Notes under the pieces: model-generated
The model's input: the letters and a program-made list of their open reading frames with translations, nothing else
Databases searched by the model: none
What the model was told of the DNA's origin: nothing
Shown here: positions 27,116 to 34,999 of the stretch, one piece after another
How positions within the stretch are numbered: position 1 is the first letter of the stretch
Layout: the number at the start of each line of letters is the position of its first letter
IMG/VR virus record: IMGVR_UViG_3300032302_000065
DNA length: 64,000 nucleotides
Direction: 5' to 3' (one strand)
Source of the DNA: a virus
Taxonomy: Duplodnaviria > Caudoviricetes
Program-made: the position numbers and the translations under genes

Positions 27116-27910
27116 TTACATGAATGCTAGAATTATGGGGTCTGCCTTTAATGCTACTTCATCGATTGCCGCACTAGCGCCTTTTTTAAGGGGTGCAATG
27201 TTATATGGGGATTTTGATACTTTACCGAATTGTAACGTCATAACAAACTGATAGTCTCCACCACCCTTATATTGACAGCGAACACGAATAACAGCAGATG
27301 CATTAGTAGCAAAATCAGGAATCGGAGAATTCTTGTTTGCTTTGAGTTTTGGCTGTAGACCCAATAAGTCTTTGCCTGCTAATGTAAAGAATCCGTGAGT
27401 TCCCACATTGATATACGAACATTTTTTTGCAATGTAGTAGTCACATATTGCTTTTGCTGGAATAGGCACATGCACTTCATTTTGCGCCCCAAACTTTTCT
27501 AAATCTGATTTGTAGGCGGCCGCCTTATCTTTAGCACCAACTATGACTTTTTTACCTCTTTCATCATTTTGCAAAGAAGGCACCTTACCACGCCAATCTT
27601 TACCATGAGTTCCACTAGTGTTCATCTCTCTTAGCAAGTTGAATTTCTTTGCTAATTCAACTAAGAATTCTTTTTCAGGATCAGTTCCAATATCACCGAA
27701 TTGCCACTTACCATCGTAGTATTTCATAACTAAAGAACCAGCGGCAGTCGGTGAATTTTTAAGTTCACAACCAGTAGTTTTCTTCGATTTATTTTGAATA
27801 GTTAAGTCTGGTTTGTCGTGTGATGCGCCGGCAGTTCCACCCGTTGAAATTTTGTATTTCTGCAATGCATTATATGCATTCTCCTCATATAAAAAACCTT
27901 CTTGTGCCAT
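27116..27910 (-). CDS. putative PD-(D/E)XK nuclease
   Basis: N-terminal helix with E (GFLYEE), KPDLTI...GCELK. Confidence 0.5.
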   Translation of the reverse strand: MAQEGFLYEENAYNALQKYKISTGGTAGASHDKPDLTIQNKSKKTTGCELKNSPTAAGSLVMKYYDGKWQFGDIGTDPEKEFLVELAKKFNLLREMNTSGTHGKDWRGKVPSLQNDERGKKVIVGAKDKAAAYKSDLEKFGAQNEVHVPIPAKAICDYYIAKKCSYINVGTHGFFTLAGKDLLGLQPKLKANKNSPIPDFATNASAVIRVRCQYKGGGDYQFVMTLQFGKVSKSPYNIAPLKKGASAAIDEVALKADPIILAFM

Positions 27911-28000
27911 TTTATTATTTTCCTTGTTTAGTGCATTTGTACCATTAAATATAGTTACCCGATGTATACATAAAGGTGTCCGGTTTCAAATTAAACCTTA

Positions 28001-29227
28001 TTACCTCTGCCAACCTTTAATAACATCAGGTGAGAAGTTTGCATAACTGAATTGCATTCTGTCAACTAACTTGACTGCATTGCCTTTAATCTTATCGATA
28101 GCAACATAACCCTCAACACCAGTCACTTCGTAGCCTTTCTTTGTCAACAAGAAAGTGTTCAATGTCTTAACTTCATCCATCTTCTTAATTAGAATCAACT
28201 TCGCTTCTGCTAAGAGATTCATCATTGTGAAAATGTCTTCTAGGTGTGCTTTGTTTTTTGGTGAGAAGAATTTGAGAACTTTGCTCTTCTTTAGCATCTG
28301 AGTAGCACGACCACGTTCACCTTTGCCTTCTGCTTGTTTCTCGTAATAGTCTTCAATGTATGCAATCAATTCTTTAACGTGCGCTTTGACGTTAGTGATT
28401 TTTAACTGTTGACGTACTTTTGAATTGTTGAATGTCTTGATGCGTTCAATCAAGTCTTCGTCTGTATTGATGTAGTTTAAAGTGGCGGCATCTAGCTTTT
28501 GAAATATCTTTCCAGCTTCAGATAAAATCGCTGTCACTTCGTCATTTTCTGCTTGTGTCAACGTAGCCTTACCCGAAACATCGTGATAGACTGCACTTGT
28601 CATCCAAACGTTTGGACTTTGTGTAAGTGTACTTAGAATGTCTTTGCCAAAGACTGCTGACATTGTTTCAAACGAATCGCCTTCGTAGATTGTGTGCCAG
28701 ACAATACCAATCTTTGCTTTTTGTATTTGTTTAGCAAGTTCTGTTCCTGTTGGAACTGCGTAGACTAAAGTGTTTGGATGAAACGTGACATATGATTCAC
28801 CATCGATTGTTTCTGTCTTCAAGTCTGATTGTGTGAATAGCAAGTCGCCTTGAATGACGCCTTTGATACCAATCTTAGGCAACCACATCAAACACGCTTT
28901 GAGTTTGTCTGCTAAGTCACCAGAAGTGTCTGCATCGATATCTGCTGGAGTTTTGTATACTTTGGGATTTTTATTGAAGACACCTTTCTTCGCAACAAAG
29001 AATTTGCCGTCTGTTGGGTCTTGTCCTGCAAAGACTGCTGGCGCACCATCCCATTTGACTGAAATGTCAACTTTGCTTTTGGAATGTCCAGCAAGCATAT
29101 CACGCACCGCTCTGAGTGCGTTTATGCTATCTCTAGTTCCTTCAACACCGCCATTCAGAACATCGTCTTCCGCATGTTCCATGTGAGTGTTTTTCTTCTC
29201 AATAAGGTATTCTTTAAATTTAAACAT
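28001..29227 (-). CDS. DUF6267-like protein, ATP-dependent ligase-like nucleotidyltransferase
   Basis: NTHMEHAED, SVKWDGAP (KxDG), QGDLLF, EGYVAID, VKLV; N-terminus MFKFKEYLIE. Confidence 0.7.
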   Translation of the reverse strand: MFKFKEYLIEKKNTHMEHAEDDVLNGGVEGTRDSINALRAVRDMLAGHSKSKVDISVKWDGAPAVFAGQDPTDGKFFVAKKGVFNKNPKVYKTPADIDADTSGDLADKLKACLMWLPKIGIKGVIQGDLLFTQSDLKTETIDGESYVTFHPNTLVYAVPTGTELAKQIQKAKIGIVWHTIYEGDSFETMSAVFGKDILSTLTQSPNVWMTSAVYHDVSGKATLTQAENDEVTAILSEAGKIFQKLDAATLNYINTDEDLIERIKTFNNSKVRQQLKITNVKAHVKELIAYIEDYYEKQAEGKGERGRATQMLKKSKVLKFFSPKNKAHLEDIFTMMNLLAEAKLILIKKMDEVKTLNTFLLTKKGYEVTGVEGYVAIDKIKGNAVKLVDRMQFSYANFSPDVIKGWQR

Positions 29228-29252
29228 GATAGGTCTGTCGTTGCAATAGACC

Positions 29253-29260
29253 TATTTATA
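29253..29260 (-). promoter_or_regulatory. T4 late promoter
   Basis: TATAAATA on minus strand upstream of 29227. Confidence 0.75.
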
Positions 29261-29261
29261 A

Positions 29262-29603
29262 TTACCTTCGCATTGATGCTTGATCCTTTGCATCATCACT
29301 AGAGAAAATAGGTACTGCATTGCTTTTGTGTAGTGTGCCAATACCGATCATCTTGTCGCCAGTGTAAACTTTACCGTGAATTGGTTTGGTGCAACTGTCG
29401 CCAAATGTCGCTAAACTGGGATGACGTACAGTTTCACGCACATATGCTTTTGGAGGCTGATATGTTTCTACTGTTTTGGTAGGTTTTTTGAAACCTTTAG
29501 AGAATGAAGTTGTCGGCAAGGAATCTTTCCACTTTTGATATTCCGCCATTTTCTTTGCGGGAACTTTTTTCTTCTTCGATTTTTGATATGTGTATATTAG
29601 CAT
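29262..29603 (-). CDS. conserved basic hypothetical protein
   Basis: YTGDKMIGIGTLHKSNAVPIF...A.MRR. Confidence 0.75.
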   Translation of the reverse strand: MLIYTYQKSKKKKVPAKKMAEYQKWKDSLPTTSFSKGFKKPTKTVETYQPPKAYVRETVRHPSLATFGDSCTKPIHGKVYTGDKMIGIGTLHKSNAVPIFSSDDAKDQASMRR

Positions 29604-30246
29604 TTTCAGTCAATGTATTTACAAAATCTAACAATAATTTGTGTGTTCGTTCTTCGTGCCAATGTTTTGATATGTACTGTCTAGGCTTCTCATACCAATA
29701 CTTTTGGCTCTCAGGATGACAACCAATCACACCTATACGATTTTGAATGATTGCCATAGCGTCACCATTCGCATAAGTAGAGACTATTTTAGCACGTTCT
29801 AGATTGCCTGTCAATGCACATCCATCGTAGAAGAACATTGTCTCAGGATTGCCGTTCCAAGTAACGTTTGCAATGGTAGAATAAGACCTACGAATATCAG
29901 CATTTGGTTGTTTAATATACTGAACAGGTTCAATATCATCTAGTATATCAAAATAGTGACTACCAGCCCAGTAAGCGCCCATGCATATTCCGAGATAATA
30001 TCCTTTAGATTCAACAAAATCTGCTATCATATTAGCACGTTTACGTCTAAAGAATTTATCATAAGAATCTGCATCTCCGATACCTCCAGGAAATGCAACA
30101 ATATCTGTATCGTTTAAAACCGTGAGCAAATCACTATCTGTATTGAATAAATTAATTTTATAATTTGGCGATAGAGCCTTAATCATTCCATCGCAACAAT
30201 CTGTTGAACATTCGGGATGATTAACAAACAATGATATTGTTTTCAC
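29497..30246 (-). CDS. class I glutamine amidotransferase-like (BPL_N) protein
   Basis: FPGGIG, YLGICMGAY (Cys nucleophile), GCHPE (His-Glu). Confidence 0.8.
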   Translation of the reverse strand: MKTISLFVNHPECSTDCCDGMIKALSPNYKINLFNTDSDLLTVLNDTDIVAFPGGIGDADSYDKFFRRKRANMIADFVESKGYYLGICMGAYWAGSHYFDILDDIEPVQYIKQPNADIRRSYSTIANVTWNGNPETMFFYDGCALTGNLERAKIVSTYANGDAMAIIQNRIGVIGCHPESQKYWYEKPRQYISKHWHEERTHKLLLDFVNTLTENANIHISKIEEEKSSRKENGGISKVERFLADNFIL

Positions 30247-30247
30247 T

Positions 30248-30445
30248 CTATGCCATTCTATCTACATTCTGTCCGTTACGATTCATTCTACGATTCATTT
30301 CAATTCGTGCTTGTTCTGATACCTCACGAATATGTTTAATTCTGCGTTCTTCCAATCGAATTTCATCATGCCTACGTTCTACATTACGAATTTGTGTATG
30401 TCGATACATTTCATTATTATATTGTGTGATAGAATTTAATTTCAT
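30248..30445 (-). CDS. small hypothetical protein
   Basis: R/E-rich helix ending GQNVDRMA. Confidence 0.6.
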   Translation of the reverse strand: MKLNSITQYNNEMYRHTQIRNVERRHDEIRLEERRIKHIREVSEQARIEMNRRMNRNGQNVDRMA

Positions 30446-30729
30446 TTTAACACCAAGAATGCTAACATAATACTTTGTAAGAAAAATCCAATACCGTTTG
30501 AAAGCATGTAGAGTTTATCTTTCATAATCGCAGATCGAACAAAGAATAGTAATAATCCACTCCAAATTAGAACGACCATGCTTAATGGTGGAAGTATAGT
30601 GGGTTCGCCTTTAATTGCCAAGTATGTTGCAGGGACTGTAGAACCATGAATTAGAATCAATCCGATCCAGCCGCAAATTTCGCCAAAAGATTTCACAACC
30701 CAATTATACCATTCTGCAAGTTTAATCAT
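30442..30729 (-). CDS. 3-TM membrane protein (SemiSWEET/PQ-loop-like)
   Basis: GWIGLILI...P, three TMs, LSN in TM3. Confidence 0.5.
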   Translation of the reverse strand: MIKLAEWYNWVVKSFGEICGWIGLILIHGSTVPATYLAIKGEPTILPPLSMVVLIWSGLLLFFVRSAIMKDKLYMLSNGIGFFLQSIMLAFLVLK

Positions 30730-30870
30730 ATCACTTTTTTCTTTCAAATAGTTTAAGGGAACATTTAAGTTTTTTAGGTCCATTTTAGTCTTTCATAAAA
30801 TTATATTATAACACTTCTATGGTATCCTGTCAAGGGATATTTAGGGAAAGGAATATTTCACGATGTGAAA

Positions 30871-32280
30871 TTAAACCTTTAGATTGCCAAAATCTCGGTT
30901 TTTCTGCATTCTTTTGCCAAAACTAGACTTATCAAATGCAGGTTTATCCTCTTCAATCTGCCCACTATCGGAAATGTTAGTCTGCGCTGACTCTTCTGCA
31001 TCATACAGTTTCATTTTCGCTCTGTCAACACCAATCACAAAACGCTTATTTGTTGTTGGATCGCTGTATCGATTTTTTAACTGCTTGACCATAATCTGAT
31101 TCAACTCTGCAAGTTCTTCGGTTGAAATCAAAGCAAACATCAAGTCTGCTGTTGCAGGCAAACCAAACGATTCTGAAGTGTCTTCAAGTCCAACGTCTGA
31201 GTTTGTGTAACCACTTCTTGTTGTTTGTGTTGCAGATACAACTGGCACTTTATGTTCAACTGCAAGCCCACGCAACTCTTCTGCAATTGCTTTAATGTAT
31301 GTGTAAGAATTAATAGAAGAACCCATCTTCATACGTGCGGAAGAACAAATGTTTAGATAGTCAATGTAAATGATATCAGGAATAAATTGACGTTTCAATT
31401 TCAACTCATTCAACAAATGCGAAAAGTGATTTACGTTTGCACTAGCGGTTGGATATTCTTTGATGATTAGTTTACCCTTAGTCTTCTCACGCAAAGTTTC
31501 AACTTTCTTCAAGTATGTTTCTTTAGGCATACCAACCAATCGATCCAATTCAACATTCATTAAGTTTGCATCAATACGTTCTGCGATACGCTCTTCAGCC
31601 ATTTCCATTGTAATGTATAAAACATTCTTACTCATAGTCAGATTGGCTGCCGCACAATGACACATGAACAATGACTTACCAACACCAGTGCCAGCAAGAA
31701 CAATGTTCAAAGATTTTTCTGCAAGCCCGCCTTTAGTAATCCTGTTCAAGTAGTCTAGGTCGAATGGGATTCGCTTTTCAGCTTTATGGTAGAAGTCATA
31801 GCGTGTTTCTGCGTCATCAATAAAATCGTGACCAATGTGATTATCAAAAGAAACCGAAAGTGCATCTGCTAAGATTTTAGGGATTGAACCTTTATCAAGT
31901 TTTTCTGTTTTGTTTTTGTCATCCAGAATTTGAATACTCTGCATGATGCCATTGTAGATTGCTTTCTCTTGACAGAAATCTTCTGTTGCATCAATCAACC
32001 ATTTAGTGTCTGATACTTCAGGATCGATTGTAATCTGTTTGACAAGTGCAATAGTTTTTTTATGCTGGTCATCTGTTAGATTAATTTTTTTGTCAATCTC
32101 AATAACCAACGCTTCTTGCGTTGGCATTGAGTTGTACTTATTCACATAACTCTGAATCTCAGTAAACAATAGTTTTTCTGAAGACTCTTGAAAATACTCG
32201 CCTCTAATGAATGGTAGTGTCTTACGTGTATACTCTTCATCCAATATCAGGTGTTTCAGTATTTTTTGTTCCAAGTTCAT
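30871..32280 (-). CDS. gp41: replicative DNA helicase
   Basis: AGTGVGKS, ITMEM, IDYLNI, SATQTTR, SESFGLP. Confidence 0.97.
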   Translation of the reverse strand: MNLEQKILKHLILDEEYTRKTLPFIRGEYFQESSEKLLFTEIQSYVNKYNSMPTQEALVIEIDKKINLTDDQHKKTIALVKQITIDPEVSDTKWLIDATEDFCQEKAIYNGIMQSIQILDDKNKTEKLDKGSIPKILADALSVSFDNHIGHDFIDDAETRYDFYHKAEKRIPFDLDYLNRITKGGLAEKSLNIVLAGTGVGKSLFMCHCAAANLTMSKNVLYITMEMAEERIAERIDANLMNVELDRLVGMPKETYLKKVETLREKTKGKLIIKEYPTASANVNHFSHLLNELKLKRQFIPDIIYIDYLNICSSARMKMGSSINSYTYIKAIAEELRGLAVEHKVPVVSATQTTRSGYTNSDVGLEDTSESFGLPATADLMFALISTEELAELNQIMVKQLKNRYSDPTTNKRFVIGVDRAKMKLYDAEESAQTNISDSGQIEEDKPAFDKSSFGKRMQKNRDFGNLKV

Positions 32281-32581
32281 TCTTATACCTTTTCTCAGCT
32301 TCTTCTAATGAGTGTTTTAGAAGATCATTTAAAATTTCACCTAGGGTTTCTTCAAAGTCACTATTACCTTGTAGAGCCTTGTGTTCTTCATCTATTATAT
32401 CATAGTTGAAGCCGATTGAATACGTTCCATCAGGATTTTCTTCTTCGGCAAAATTAATTTCACCAAAAGTAAATTCTAAACCTTTGTATTTACCAGAATT
32501 AATTTTGATAGATGCTACAGTATCTTTGTCTTTGTATTTGATATCACGGGTTGTGATTTCGTAGTCTTCATTAATCTTCAT
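32237..32581 (-). CDS. hypothetical protein (T4 gp40 position)
   Basis: lies between uvsX and gp41. Confidence 0.6.
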   Translation of the reverse strand: MKINEDYEITTRDIKYKDKDTVASIKINSGKYKGLEFTFGEINFAEEENPDGTYSIGFNYDIIDEEHKALQGNSDFEETLGEILNDLLKHSLEEAEKRYKNELGTKNTETPDIG

Positions 32582-33644
32582 TGGCTAACTCCAATTCTTC
32601 TACCTCATCAATAATACCGCTATCGTTTTCTTGACCATACAAGAATTCTTTTTTACATGCTTCGTCAATCAATGCTAAGATATCAGGCGTGAAATACTTC
32701 TCTGGCTCTTCGTTGATGTTCTTACCAAATACTTTAGTACCATTGGCAAGTTCATATCGTGTGGATACTTTCTTAATGATACCATGTTTCTCTGCAATTT
32801 CAAGCAATCCATAGTAGCGGTCAAGACCTTTACTGTATGTGATCTTCACTTCAATTTGAGAGTTCTCTTTAGTCAAACGTGACTTCTGCAACTTGCAACG
32901 AACAATATTACCAACAACTTCAGTACCATCTTTGTCTTTACGTTTAGACAAATAAATGATTGTGGATGCTGTGTACTTCAAGCCAGAACCACCAGACATT
33001 TCTTTAGTTGGGATATATGCACCAACAACATCATAAACGTGATTCGTTACAAGCAAAGGCACACCAATCTTTGCAAGTTTTAAATTAAGAACACGGAATG
33101 TTGCTTTGAGAATAGCAGACTTGGTCATGTCTTTAGTCTCTTTGCCTTCAGCAGTATCTTCCATTTCTTTAGTTGAAGATAACTGACCAAGAGAATCAAG
33201 AACCATAATCATTGGCTTACGTTTTGCTTCTGGCTGTGCTTGATACTTCTCAATGATTTGCAATGCAGTATGACGAAACTTTTGAATTGTATCTGGCTCA
33301 GAGATAACGACACGTTTAGTGTCAACGCCACGGGATTCCATCATTTGTTTTGTAACTGCGGCTTCAGTATCAAAGTAAATAACACCGCCTTCAGGATTTG
33401 CATCAAGGAATTGTTTAACAATACCAAGAACAAAGAATGTTTTACCTGTTGATGATTCACCAGCGAATGCAGTCACTTTGTTATTAGGCACACCACCATA
33501 GATGCTACCTGATAGAACAGCATTTAATGCATATGAACCAGTATCAATGCAACCACTATATTCAGCAGATGCACCACCTTCAGATAAAATTTTAGTGTCT
33601 TCATCTTTCAACTGATCCACTAAGTCTGTAAAAAAATTACTCAT
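32571..33644 (-). CDS. uvsX: RecA-like recombinase
   Basis: [27 protein letters not shown]. Confidence 0.95.
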   Translation of the reverse strand: MSNFFTDLVDQLKDEDTKILSEGGASAEYSGCIDTGSYALNAVLSGSIYGGVPNNKVTAFAGESSTGKTFFVLGIVKQFLDANPEGGVIYFDTEAAVTKQMMESRGVDTKRVVISEPDTIQKFRHTALQIIEKYQAQPEAKRKPMIMVLDSLGQLSSTKEMEDTAEGKETKDMTKSAILKATFRVLNLKLAKIGVPLLVTNHVYDVVGAYIPTKEMSGGSGLKYTASTIIYLSKRKDKDGTEVVGNIVRCKLQKSRLTKENSQIEVKITYSKGLDRYYGLLEIAEKHGIIKKVSTRYELANGTKVFGKNINEEPEKYFTPDILALIDEACKKEFLYGQENDSGIIDEVEELELANED

Positions 33645-33706
33645 AATCACCCCTTAAATTATTAATCATCAATTATTATAACATCAATTCAACACAAAAT
33701 CAATAC

Positions 33707-34591
33707 TTACATTGAATCTTGATCCCTATGGTACATTTCTCTTGCACTAAGGACTTCATCTTTATTCATTGGTACAGGTCCAACTGTAGTTACTGATGGA
33801 ATATTAATTTCATATCCACCAGACTTTTCTTCTTTTTCTTTTGCAATTTGTTTCAATGAGAAATTCCCTGCAATGACAAGTAGAACTGCCATCGGATCAA
33901 ACACAAGAACTAAAAGAATGATAACAAATCGTACAGACTTATCTAGTATGTTAGAATCAACATCATCATATATCAACGCCGCAATATATTTGATAGGACC
34001 AACTTCCGCTTCCACTTTACGAACTTGGGCGGCGATAGGGCTTCTTTCTTCATTGAGAGTCGAAATCCGCTTGTTATATGTTTCGATTTCTTTAAGTAAG
34101 CGACTACGTTCTGCCTGTTGGGCTTTGCGAAGTTTTGCCGCTGATTCGGCACCCTTTTCATCTTTTGAGCGAACCATAACTTGGTCCACCGATTCATCCA
34201 TCTGTTTGAGAGTTTTGCGATTAACATCTATATTATCCTTTTCAATTTTAATCTTCTCATCTATAAGCGAAATCTGTGCCTGCACATCTCCACTTACTAA
34301 ATTTTGGTCGTTGTGTGCTTTAGAAAGATATCCAAAAATTCCTAATGATGTAATGAACATTAGGATGATAACTGCTATCGTGAAGTAGTACTTTAAAAAT
34401 CTTGGTGCAATTTTCCAATTCTTATATGCCCATGATGCGGCAATGAGTTTAGAAAATTCAAGCGCACCACCCATGATTGCAATTGGAATTGGACTAGCCG
34501 CAAAGATAGCCATCAAGCCAATGACTGAATAGTATGCGGCAATAGCAGAAAGAGATATCGCACTCAATAATGTAATCAAAGCAAATAGCAT
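33707..34591 (-). CDS. multi-TM coiled-coil membrane protein
   Basis: 3 N-terminal TMs, coiled coil, EVGPIKY, VFDPMAV TM. Confidence 0.75.
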   Translation of the reverse strand: MLFALITLLSAISLSAIAAYYSVIGLMAIFAASPIPIAIMGGALEFSKLIAASWAYKNWKIAPRFLKYYFTIAVIILMFITSLGIFGYLSKAHNDQNLVSGDVQAQISLIDEKIKIEKDNIDVNRKTLKQMDESVDQVMVRSKDEKGAESAAKLRKAQQAERSRLLKEIETYNKRISTLNEERSPIAAQVRKVEAEVGPIKYIAALIYDDVDSNILDKSVRFVIILLVLVFDPMAVLLVIAGNFSLKQIAKEKEEKSGGYEINIPSVTTVGPVPMNKDEVLSAREMYHRDQDSM

Positions 34592-34594
34592 AAG

Positions 34595-34999
34595 TTATCC
34601 TCTAGTTAGTGCTAATACTTTGTCGATTTGTTCTTGAATTTTTGCTGTGCGATTTGGCCAGTAGATATATTCTTTTTCTGGATTCTTCATCAAGTTGACA
34701 AGTAAAGGCATGATAAGTTGTTCTAATTCTTTTAGATTATTTTTTACATCTGCTATCATGTTTTGACGTTCTGCATCAAGCCCAAGTTTACCTTGATTGT
34801 ATAATGATAGCATTGAATCTAGTTTCTCTTCTACACGTTGTAAAGATTCTGAAGACTGAACCACAGTTTGTTTAACAGCAATTGTATCTTCTAATGTGTT
34901 TGGGTCTGTGATTCTAGTCAACGTTGATTCATCAACTGCACTAAATCCAAAATCATCTTCTTTTCTAAACGCTAGATATTCTGATGGTATTTTGCTCAT
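34595..34999 (-). CDS. conserved hypothetical protein
   Basis: DFGFSAVDE, PLLVNLMKNPEKEYIYWPNR. Confidence 0.75.
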   Translation of the reverse strand: MSKIPSEYLAFRKEDDFGFSAVDESTLTRITDPNTLEDTIAVKQTVVQSSESLQRVEEKLDSMLSLYNQGKLGLDAERQNMIADVKNNLKELEQLIMPLLVNLMKNPEKEYIYWPNRTAKIQEQIDKVLALTRG

